Source: Lytechinus pictus
Lineage: Eukaryota
Reading direction: 5' to 3'
DNA length: 64,000 nucleotides
Assembly (NCBI RefSeq): GCF_037042905.1
Contig: NC_087245.1
Span: 25,670,001 to 25,734,000 of the forward strand
Of the stretch, positions 12,914-23,878 are shown in pieces (the stretch's first letter is position 1; the number at the start of each line of letters is the position of its first letter). The notes beneath the pieces were generated by a model, which did no database searches, was not told the origin of the DNA, and saw only the letters and a list, made by a program, of their open reading frames with translations. Position numbers and translations under genes: made by a program.

Positions 12914-13110
12914 TCATCCATAGTCATTTTATGGTGTCAAGAGAAGATTTCTCATCTCTTTTATAGTCTTTTCCCGAAACTTTATGTTCGTTATTTGGAA
13001 AATGCAGTAGGTCCACGTTCATTCATAGTCATTTTATGGTGTCTAGAGAAGGTTTCTCATTTCTTTTATATTTTTTTTACCGAAACGTTTTGCTCCTTGT
13101 TAGGAAAATG
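12914..13110 (+). repeat. Diverged tandem duplication, ~105-bp period
   Basis: TCAT.CATAGTCATTTTATGGTGTC.AGAGAAG.TTTCTCAT...GGAAAATG occurs twice. Confidence 0.85.
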
Positions 13111-15250
13111 ATTTATATCATACTTATTTCAGGATTTAATCCATAAACCTTTTCCAAACATTTCGAATTAATTCACGACTTGATTAAATTTTCAAAGGTC
13201 GATGTTAATAATTTCCGATTAATGTTCTAATTCAAATTACACTGAACCCTGAGAGAAATCAGGCCAATATCCAAAAGCCATTGAAACGGAGAAATAAGGA
13301 AATATCATTAGGACCAACAACACTTTAAAACGAAACAGCGTCCTTAACATTGACCTTCATCAAAAGTTGAGGAAATCAGTAGAAAGAGGTAGAGAACGGC
13401 TGAATATTCAACAAGTTTAACGGTTTAATGAATTCTAGAATGAGCAGCCGTGAGTAACATCTATCACGGTCTTAAAGGGAAGGTTGAGTTTTGTGATAGG
13501 TTAACAAATAATTTTGAGCTATTCTTGTCGTTTATAATGAATATTGGTTAAGAACGTTTACTGTTATATATAATGGGGGCACTAGATTAAAGACGTCTCT
13601 CTCTCTCTCTCTTTTCTTTAATTTTCTTCACAGTTTTTTTGTATTGACGAGTCTTTCTCTGTATCTCCCCTTGCTACTTGACATGTCATGGGAGGGGGCG
13701 GTCGTTCCCTGTCCACCGCCCTTGGTAACGAGATTCCACAATCTTACTCTTGATATATGTTTCCATGTTCACATTTGAATTTTACAAATAATTACCGATT
13801 TGGATCGCGAATTTCACATGACAAGATTTCACTTTACGTTTAAACCTACAATGGAATGTAAATAATTTGCGAGAAAGCATTTGTCATTGAATAATGGAAC
13901 TGCAAAATAGCCCAGTATAATCCAAAAATTGGTGCCAATTTGGCAAGCTGAAAAACCAATTGTTAATAGGAATCGAAACACCACCAGAAGATATTCACTG
14001 GTTCCAAATAAGTAATCAAGTACTGAAGTAAATGAAGAAGTCACATAAAATCAAATGTTTTGCAAGAATTCTACATTTCGATTTCGTCACAGCGCCGAAA
14101 TGTTTCATAAGAGAACGGAAATGAAACTCGTTGTAAACAACTTTCCACAACACTACTTTTACATATATTTTGGACACTCCTACATCGCATGGCATTCCTT
14201 ATCTTGTTAGGAATAAGATTAAATCTACAGAACCTTCACGAGGACAATGACAAATCAAATCAATCAACCGATCTCAATATGAGAGGTGACACAGCCCTGT
14301 GACACAGGTGGGGCACTTATTGCTTGACTAAATAATATAGCTTTTCTGGCCTTTTCAACTTTCTTTTTTCCCATCGGTCCACATCGAGTGTCCTTTCACA
14401 TGGGCTGTGCTTTTACCAGCCAATGGGGAATTCAAATCATCTGGTCGGAATAAAAGCAAGCATCGAACAGACGAAAAGATGAAAGAAAAACGTCCTCAAA
14501 TCCTGTAATCCCTTCCCCTATTAGATGATGTGAAAAAGAAAAGTCTGAAAAGGAGTGATATCAACAGAAGTCAGACGTGACAAATTAGCCAGAAGGAGAT
14601 TAACTATTTCTTAGCTCTGTCAAATCGACAGATTTTTAATAAAATGATAGAGCATATACTTTATCAGAGGGAAGATATAACTATTCAGAATTGTACATCA
14701 AATGGCAAAGTATTCAGTACAGAGATCTGTCATATGAAATTGAAATGTATTTAAAGTTATACATTTACACGGAATACATTAGTTTAAATTTATACACATC
14801 GTCTCAGGCTTCATGACAAAGACACTTTCAAATTAGGAAACTTCTATAACCAATATACAGAACGGGTTGGCAATTATTCATAATAAATGATCTATTCTTG
14901 GAATAGTTTGCCTGCAACACTGGTAGAGTCAAATAGCATCAATTCAATTTTAAACATTAACTAGATTATTTTTAATCAAAAAGTATTTTAAAATCCCGAA
15001 GAGATTATTATTATGCTGATGTATTATTCTTATTGCTTTGTCCTGATCAGGAACGTAGAAACCCGAAACGAAGTAATGAAACAGGAATGCCGAAGAAAAT
15101 ATTAGTAAGAAAGAAAAGTATGATATGAATTTTTGTATTCACCAGCGCGTGACTGCCATATCACCGTTGGCTTCATGTAGTAAATATATCTTATAAATAC
15201 GTAATGATTTAATATTTTAGTCCCACAACATACTCCAAAACAGTACCTAC

Positions 15251-15387
15251 CTTAAACCACGTGACCGTGTAACTTTTTGTTGAGCCCTCACGTGACTCCA
15301 ACCCTCGAAAAGAACATCTAAGTTGGACCTTGTCTTCAAAGTGGGTTGGTGTAATCTCAGGAAGGCCGAGGATTGTTGGAAAACTCT
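15251..15387 (-). CDS. VWDE: VWDE-like exon 5: (E)SFPTILGLPEITPTHFEDKVQLRCSFRGLESREGSTKSYTVTWFK
   Basis: Acceptor ttccttgcag, donor AAG|gtaggt, 137 nt, phase 1-0. Ig-like strand pattern P.I...L.CSF...Y.V.W. Confidence 0.9.
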
Positions 15388-15777
15388 CTGCAAGGAAATG
15401 CAATCATTAGAATGTTCAAGTACAACAGCCAAAAATACGCTGCTTGTTTAAGGTGTTTTGATTTTCTTCAATTATTGCAATAGTAGGAGGAGAGTTGTCA
15501 ATGTATGTAGTTCTATCTCTGTGATTTGAAATTTTACTAACTTGGGACGTTTAGGAAGCTGTAGGTAATGAAAAGCAGGATTTTACGAACGACTGGATCA
15601 TGGTAAATCAAATCATTAATATTTCTGATTCTCCTCCTTTAAAGTTGAAATTGATCATTTATCGTTTGGCCAGCTATCAGTAAGATTCGCCCAGTTGTAT
15701 CATTACATTTACTAACATTATGTTTTGCTATCGAGAGGTCATAATTCCGTAGAGTGATGACTATTTAGGCCTACGTG

Positions 15778-15941
15778 CAGGGGCTGCGGAAACTGGGGGG
15801 GGGGGGGGGGAGGGGGGGGGCTTCACCCCTCCACTCCCACTTTTTACATTAATAAAACGTGTGATGTTTAGGTTCCTAATTCGGTTCAGCCCACCCTACC
15901 GACCCATCCCCCGCACTTTAAAATTCGTTCCGCTGCCCCTG
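15778..15941. mobile_element. Short hAT-like MITE with poly-G tract
   Basis: TIR CAGGGGCTGCGGAA / TTCCGCTGCCCCTG (13/14 match); no TSD preserved. Confidence 0.6.
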
Positions 15942-17659
15942 AATTATAATTTTCACAAATCATTATTTCGTTGTAATTTATTTATTCAGTTATATATTGA
16001 TATTAAAACAACAGGCCCCTACACACATGAAGAGTGAGAGCATGGCAATTGTATACCAGTTTTTGATGGGATAAATGCGTTGTTCTCTCATCACTTTGGC
16101 TTAAATCTTCCCATCTCGGGTTTCGAGTCTCACCGTGTCACAGCAGTTATGTCCGTCCTTGGCCTTATAGTTTGTACTTGATGATTCACATTATTAACCC
16201 TAACATGAAGTCAAACTACAGGCACAACAGCCTCAGGCTGTGCTCCAGACTTCTCATGTCCGGGTTACACCATGTTCTAGTTTAACCCTATAAACAGACT
16301 GGGAGCCTTAAAAAAAAAACGACATTTTCGCGATAAATGCGGAATGGGAGCGACCATTGGTTTGATGTAGGTCAATTGTGATTATATTTCTTGCCTCAGA
16401 AGTACAAGATCCATGTTTATTCATGTATCTACCCACCCGATAAAAAAAAAATATTCATTATCAGAGAACGACTTTCTGATACATTCACGGAGTAATACAC
16501 ATAACATTTTTTTTTTTTTGGGGGGGGGGAGTAATACACATAACATTTTTTTTATTTTTTTGGGGGGAGGGGAATCAAATCATGTACTTTATTTTTTTGT
16601 GTAAAGAGGTCACCAAAATTGCTCAAATTAAAATGAAATGAGACAAAATGGAAAAATGATTTCGTTTAAATTCGAAAAGAATCAATAAGTCCATTTGAAT
16701 CCAGTAAAAAAGGTATCCTGAATACATTTCTTCTTTCAGTAACAAATATAGTGCGAAGGAACGTGATTAAAATTTACAAGTGTATCATATCTGATCAAAT
16801 ATTAATGTTAAAAATATGTACAGAAAGTAACAAAAATAGATCAAATTAACACAAGATTGATGTCTCCCAGTTAAGAATTATGTAAACTTTGTGAGTTTTT
16901 CCCTCGATACTACAATCTGCATGATTGTGTGGAAAGAGGTAATCGAAAATAGATGACGAATTGTAACGAAGGAACAATAAATACACAACACGTACCACTT
17001 TACCCCTAATCCTGAATCAAAACATCCCTTTTAAAGTCAATCATTCTAAGATTTCCCTTTCCTTGAGTATTATGTTCATCACTTTTACGGATTCATATCA
17101 ATTTAAGAATCCCCTCAGTTTACAAAAAAAGTCTTTTATCGTTTAACAATTGCACCAATCATCTTGAACATAACAATTGAAGTGATTGCTTACAATGACT
17201 CTTTTTTTTTCTCGAAATGATCCCACCCAAAGCGTTCATGGCAAATCCCCCCCATAAATTCTCTTTAATTTGTGTCCTTTAAGTATTAAAGGACATTCCA
17301 CACACTAAATACATCGCTGAGAAAAATGTTTGATTACGTCCCAATGAAATATTGTATCAGTATGAGGTATAATAGATAATAAGGGTAAGCAGTAACGTAG
17401 AATGACCGTGTCTTAATCAATCCCTTAAATTTTAAACCATTTGCTCCATTATTGGCACTTATTTCCAAATAACATATAAAAAGTCTAGTGGAAGTAGTCG
17501 TTATTTAGAATAAACTTGTGTATTTATAACGTAAAAATCCCTCCATAAAAATATTGGCTGTATTTGACACTCGTACTGCTGGCAAACAACAGCGAAACCG
17601 CATTGTGCCTGTAATATGTAGGCTAAGTTAATTGAATCATAATATGTCCATGATTGAAT

Positions 17660-17679
17660 CATAGAGCTATAGCTCTATG
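17660..17679. mobile_element. 20-bp palindrome with 7-bp flanking direct repeat; candidate P-element-type excision footprint
   Basis: ATTGAAT-CATAGAGCTATAGCTCTATG-ATTGAAT. Confidence 0.55.
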
Positions 17680-17781
17680 ATTGAATATTGCACTGAAAAT
17701 TAATGTGTAAAATTAAGAATACATTATGTCGATACCCTTTTTGTATTCTCCTTATATGTTGGAAAACCTGAAACTACATAC

Positions 17782-17841
17782 CTCTGCATGGTTCGAATCC
17801 ATCGGGTGAAAGTTCTCCTGGGCCGCACTTTTCTCGAGCCT
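17782..17841 (-). CDS. VWDE: VWDE-like exon 4: (E)AREKCGPGELSPDGFEPCR(E)
   Basis: Acceptor aatttcag, donor GAG|gtatgt, 60 nt, phase 1-1, open frame with two Cys. GC-rich island in an AT-rich intron; phases fit exons 3 and 5. Confidence 0.8.
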
Positions 17842-19060
17842 CTGAAATTTCAAGCAGAGACGTTGAAAAAAACAATATTACCCAACCCGTGTAACAAGTC
17901 CACAATATTTGATATTACTTCGCAATTCGATGGAAAATGTTAACTAAAGAGAGGACAAATTATCAACAACACATAATATCTGAAATATTCCCCATAATCC
18001 TGAAGAATAATGGGTAAATTTTCATTTTCCAAAAGATGCAACGCGGTTAATACAATAACCAGTTGTTACCTTTGAAATTATTCTACATGTATCGTGGAAA
18101 TGTAATTATTTTGAAGAGTTTGTTGTTTATGCCTCTCAAGAAAAGCAAGAATATGCCCTGTGGTATTTTGAACCTTTGAATAAGAGGTCAGGGCAGCAGA
18201 AAATCATATCGAATTTCAATTTTGCGATTAATGACTTTTCAAACTTTATGTTTTAAAAGTTGAGGTAATATTCTATGGCCATTACAAAAATGACACAAGC
18301 TTTCATTAAGCGGCGGGGGAGGGGTGCTATGGGAACTCATTTTCAAATGAGATCTGACATGTTAATACCCTTTTTCTCAGCTTTTAAAGTTTTCTAACAA
18401 ATCATTTAACGAAAAAGAGACTTTGGTTTTTAAAAAGTTCGATGCTCTTAAACGGAAAAGTCTGTCTGTTACGCTGCCCGAATTGCCCGAATAAATTAAT
18501 TTACTAGTCCTAGTCGTAATGCAGAAGAAAGATAGGCATCGAGTTGTTGGTCACGAAGCAGTAAATGAAACTCAGCTTGAAAAGAACAAGACACAATATA
18601 TCACATAGTGACCCCCCCCCCCCCCGCCTCCAAAATGTTTTATTTTAACTCTGTGATAATGGAACATTCAGGCATAGTTTTTATGGGACACGGTATTGGA
18701 AGTAACATCTACTTGAATGATAAGTAACGTGTAACTAAATTCTTAAAATGAAATCTCTGATGTCGTTCACCAACAATTACAACCTGCTCTATATTTTACC
18801 AGGTCACGTGATCTCATTGTCGCCTGACCAAGCTGTGTTGTGTCTCACTAATTGTTGAGGAAATTGATGACTTTTACGAATGCTTGGAGACACTAATTTC
18901 CGATACTTGTTGTGATTAGTTTGACAACTTTTCACTCTTTCTAGGTCTTGTTATGGTTTACCTTCAGTTGTACGAGACGACAGGTGCAATAGCGGTTCAA
19001 GAATCGAAATAAACGGTATTGAACTAGAGCAGCAATTACAAAATTATATTAAGGGGTTAA

Positions 19061-19645
19061 ATGGGAATGAAACCTTTGGAATAAGTAAGCTTGTGTCGAA
19101 ACAGAAAAATCAAAGAATAAGAATAAAGAAAGACTGAGAAAAATCGGACAAATAATTAGAAAGGTATGAGCATTTGAATATTGCATTCACTAATGCTATG
19201 GAGATCCTCCCATTAACAATGCGACAAGGATCTGTGATGTCACATTTGAACAACTTTCCCTTTGATGGACTATAAAATACCCTCAAAATGTCTCTTTCTG
19301 CTTTTTCTTGTGGTGATACAAACTCTTTATCCACGATGTATTCTTTAAAAATCTGTATTACATGCCCTCCTATAGAAAAAACACATGATCTACTGATAGA
19401 TGTGATAAAAGAGGCAAATTAAGTGAAATATATACTAAAGTAATGGGGAGAGTTGTTCACAAGTGACATCACACATCTTTGTCGCATTGCCAATTTGAGG
19501 ATCTCCATAGCATTAGCGATCGCAATATTCAAATGCTCATAACTTTCTTATTATTTGTCCGATTTTTCTCAAACTTTCATTGATCTGTTTCTTTGATTTT
19601 TCTGTTTTCACACAAGTTGTCTTGTTCCAAAGGTTTCATTCTCCT
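19061..19645. mobile_element. Non-autonomous TTAA-target DNA transposon (Kolobok-like) with long inverted repeats
   Basis: TTAA flanks; GAATGAAACCTTTGGAA / TTCCAAAGGTTTCATTC; inverted similarity continues for well over 100 bp. Confidence 0.85.
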
Positions 19646-19695
19646 TTAAGTAAATCGCTACGGAGAGTTCTTCGCTGAAGAATAGAAAATGGGAC

Positions 19696-19970
19696 AGAGA
19701 GGGGGAAGGAGACGAAAAGAAAAGAGAAGAAAAGAAAGAAAGGAAGAAAGGAAGAAAGGAAGAAAGTAAGAAAGAAAGGAAGAATGAAAGAAAGAAAAAT
19801 GCAAATAAAGGAAAAAAAACAAAGCGAAGAATTAAGGACGGAAGACAAGGAAGAAAGGGTGGAAGAAAGAAAGAAAGAAAGAAAGGAAGAAAAAAAAATA
19901 AAGGACAGAAGAAGGAAAAAGAAAGAAAGAAATATAAAGAAAGGAAAAAAGAAAAAATATAGAAGGTATG
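19696..19970 (+). repeat. Purine-rich low-complexity (GAAA/GGAA) tract
   Basis: Visible simple sequence; source of the spurious F/L/S- and K/E/R-rich ORFs. Confidence 0.9.
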
Positions 19971-20221
19971 AAGAAATATGTGTGCGTTTGTTCGTGGCAG
20001 TGAGGTGAAGAAGGGATAGGGAAAATCAAATAGAGCATGTAGGGGGGGGGGGTGTAGAAGCAGATCTAACAACCTTCAATATTCATCATCATGATCTTTA
20101 TTTTTTATAAACAATATTTTATGAGTTAAGTATATCTTTTAATAATTGGATTTGAGGATATTGCATCAGCTGTCCCTTTCTTACTTACTACTAACATTTA
20201 CGCCGTATGCTATACGACATG

Positions 20222-20834
20222 CACTGTAAAAACGCTGTTTAAAGCTAAATGATAGTAGTTGCAGTAAAACACTAATTTCATGAGAAAGTCTGTAAAACCA
20301 AGGTTAAGTATGACTATATCATCGTGGATCTAGATCTGGTACAGTTACATAAACTGAACTTTGTGAAATCATAAAATCTAAGCTGAAATACGATCACACT
20401 GAAGATCGCCAACACATATAGGCACACGTGGGACAGTGTATTATTATTGCTGGAATAAAGACCCGACGGAAGTGACCGAATCCGCGCTTATTTTGCTTAT
20501 TTCTCAGCAATTACACAATTTCTTCCAGAATCCTTTGGCACATATTTTAATTCATAAAAACAGACACTTGGGTGGTCATTATATTAGATTCTGTAAAAAG
20601 TCATTTTGAGATCGTTACCAGAACTGGAATTTACCTTTAAAATTGTGTGCACGTTGTTTAAGCCCGTCACTCTAACAACTACATTTTGAACTTTTTAAAC
20701 AACTGTTTTAACTTTTTAGACAACTGTTAAAACTTTTTAAGTCGTTAAATGGTTTAAACAATTACAAAAAAAAGTTTAAACAACTTTTTGTTAGAGTGAC
20801 AGGTTTAAACAATGGGCTATTTCTTTTTACTGTG
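20222..20834. mobile_element. CACTGT-ended MITE hosting a TTAA element
   Basis: Ends CACTGTAAAAA / TTTTTACTGTG; internal inverted repeat GTCACTCTAACAA / TTGTTAGAGTGAC. Confidence 0.6.
20243..20636. mobile_element. Non-autonomous TTAA-target element (Kolobok-like), nested
   Basis: TTAA at 20239-20242 and 20637-20640; imperfect TIR AGCTAAAT / ATTTACCT. Confidence 0.65.
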
Positions 20835-21327
20835 GATGATGCGGATTTCAAATATATAGGACTACATTGGATTAAAGAAGTATGCACGACATTTTATAGA
20901 AATACGGGGAAGGGGCACCTCAACTTTGTAGGATTTAGCCAAATTTGAAGTTTATGGGATACATCGAGTATTTGAACGCTATTATTACTCTTTAACATAT
21001 AAGTTAGCCTATTCGTATTTTAAATGCATGTCTCTCATCTCTCTCTTTAACATACATTTACTGATAAACAATTATGATTTACCAGTTCCTATCACTGGAA
21101 GATAAAAATTTCATTGTAATATAGTGTAAATGCTGATTAATAGACCAAATATGGTGATCCTTTGGGATTCCCCCCTGCACCTTTTTATTCTTTATTTTTT
21201 AACAACAGACTACTTTCATCTCAACAAATCTCAAGGAATCGCCGCGTCTTGTCTACACCCTCGCCACTCCTTCCAACGTCCCAATGTTGAATTTTTTTTA
21301 TATTAGCTACCATCCTGCTGCTACTTA

Positions 21328-22006
21328 GACCCCTGTTACATCTGAGAGATTCCCTACCTCGGGCCGGCCCGGGGCCTACCTCGGGTCGGAAAGAAATCAG
21401 ATGTAAACATCCCAAACCTACCTCGGGCCACCTTTTAGCGAACCTACCCGAGACCACATCAAGAGGTAGTCTCGGGTAGGTATCGGGCCGGCCCCGGTCC
21501 ACCGATTCGTAGATGTAAACGCACACAAGCTTTCAAACCTATCTCGGTCCGTTCGCCAGCTGTCAAATTACGTCATAGCGCGCGCTATCCCCTCCCCAGC
21601 CCCGTCGTTCTTCGAATGTTTTGCGGCTTTTGACATGTGAATTGTGATTGATAAAGTCTTTGATTTTAGTGGAAAGAAGGAAGCACTTTAAACGTATTAT
21701 TTTCAAATCGATCATATCTTCAACGACTGCTGGGATCATCAGCATGCTTCCAGAATAACGAAATGTAAACAACTTCAATTAGCGCGCGCAAATTATTCAG
21801 AGCCTAGATCGAGAGTGCCCTTTGGTGTCAGCAATCGGATACCGCTCGAAACCGTACCGATAGGGGAGGGAATGAACGCTGTGATGTAAACAGACCACAT
21901 TTCGGACTCGGTCCGTTCGCGAAGCTAATCCACCAATAATCCAGTCAAGGTTGCAAGTGGACTCGGTCGGGTCTCGGGTAGGAAACTTTCAGATGTAACA
22001 GGGGCC
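21328..22006. mobile_element. GC-rich non-autonomous DNA transposon (Harbinger/ISL2EU-like ends, superfamily uncertain)
   Basis: TIR GACCCCTGTTACATCTGA / TCAGATGTAACAGGGGCC, TA on both sides; internal repeats of GATGTAAAC, CTACCTCGGG and CTCGGTCCGTTCGC. Confidence 0.8.
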
Positions 22007-23520
22007 TACAGTACCATAACAAAATAGTGACAGGAGAAAAGTCTGCCAAGGTCGCACGGGGCAACCTTTTGAACGACTCCCTGGTGAAATTACGCGTGGT
22101 TTGAGAGTGTAGGTGGTGATGTATTGACGGGCATAACTCAAGAGATCCTAAGCTTCTCAACATCGCTGAGAAAATAAATACCAATATACGATGTCAAAAT
22201 GTATATCTATGAAAAGATGATTGCTCCCATACGCTTGCATAAGCAGGAAATCAAATGATATTTATTTGACCTTGAATATTCGTGTTTGAAAGATTGCTAT
22301 GAATTATCGGTGGAATGGGGTTGTTTTGGCAATAAAACGTCCATTTGCATACCCCACTATTTCTTCAGGTTTACCGAGCTGTCATGAAGGCGCCCCAAAC
22401 AGAACTGGCCCCCAAAATAAAAGTTTAGAAAGGTATCACTTCTATCATGGACCTACTACAATATGCTTCCATGAACAAATAGGCCTATGTCGAAGCTTTA
22501 GTGACTAAATACCATGCTTGTATGATTTAATTCTAATTATAAGTCGACCATAAGATAATTTTAACATGATCGATGAAAAGTCTTTTTGCATTGGAATTTT
22601 GAAGCATTTCTATTCATTCATCGAAAACTGTTATTGGTATCATGGAATTATTCTGAGATAGTAACTCCATGCTTGTAGAGAGTGGTATGTAATCCTACAG
22701 TGATAGGTCGTTTCACCCACGCAAATCATCTGGTTTGCTTCCCACACTAAATTAAAGACTTGTAATATCGCGTTTACAAAGTTCACTTTCAGTCAAAATG
22801 TCCTCCAATTTCATCCCACAATGATTCCAGGTTTTGTTACAAACAGACATCAACCAGCCAAGCAAGCAGGGACAAATTACACGGGCGTCATCTGTCCATT
22901 GGGGGAAAAGTGGATATATGAAAATGACGTTGTGAACGTGATGGAGACAGAGTGCTGGGTCAACCAGAGATCAAAAACTAGACGAGAACGAGAAAATGTC
23001 GTTGTCAGTTCATAGACCTCGAGTTTATTAACGGATAGATGTTGAATATCTTTGTGTGAATACCCCTTTCTCAACTTTGTCGAATTCCGATGTTAATAAT
23101 TATTTACAATCCTATTCTCACAGTCAGTTTCAAGGAGATTCATGAATGCCCTTCACTGAGAAGTACGGTTTAATAGCAAAAGAAGTAGTACTGGTTTCTA
23201 CTTCTGGGTTCACATACGATTTGCATTAAAAAGAGGAATGTTGGAAAATATTACGTAACCTCTTTAAAAAACAGTAACTACTCAAGACGAAAGTATGTTA
23301 CCTTCGTTTTTCAATATAAAAATCATCGTTAATTCGAAATGATTTTCATCTTCCAGAGCTTAAAAAACACATGTGCCCTCTTGTAACCTCGTTTGCCATC
23401 ATTTCAAGTGGCCCTGGTACGGTAGAGAATTATAATATGACGAGGTCACATTAATATGTTTTATTGCCTAGAATTTTATTGTTCAGTTATGCAAGAATGT
23501 AACTATACATATATAATTGT

Positions 23521-23878
23521 CACTGGCGTACCTAGGATTTTCCAGAAGAGGGGCAAATTTTTTGGAGGTTATTTCGTCCGCGAAAAAATTTGACAAGCAA
23601 AAAAAAGTCTTCAACCACAAATAAAGGCTTTCTTACCGCAAAAAAATTGACAAGCAAAAAAAAAAGAAAAAAAAAGAGGGGGAACACGTCTGTTTTTATA
23701 GCATTTTTACATTACAAATTATTAATTTGGCTTCTCAAAAGGGGGGGGGGAGGCACGTCCCCTGTATTAGTTGTGACTCGTCAGAGGGGGGGGGGGGCAG
23801 GGATACGTCCCCTGCATGAGTTGTGACTCGTCAGGGGGCAGTCTGCTCCCTGCCCCCCCCCCCTTAGGTACGCTAGTG
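23521..23878. mobile_element. hAT-like MITE with perfect 8-bp TSD
   Basis: TIR CACTGGCGTACCTA / TAGGTACGCTAGTG; TSD ATAATTGT at 23513-23520 and 23879-23886. Confidence 0.9.

Noticed and set aside
16489..16570. ~40-bp tandem duplication with poly-T/poly-G runs
   Set aside because: Ordinary slippage in a repeat remnant; homopolymer lengths are also error-prone in assemblies.
19608..20072. 154-aa F/L/S-rich ORF and overlapping K/E-rich ORFs
   Set aside because: Produced by the purine-rich low-complexity tract.
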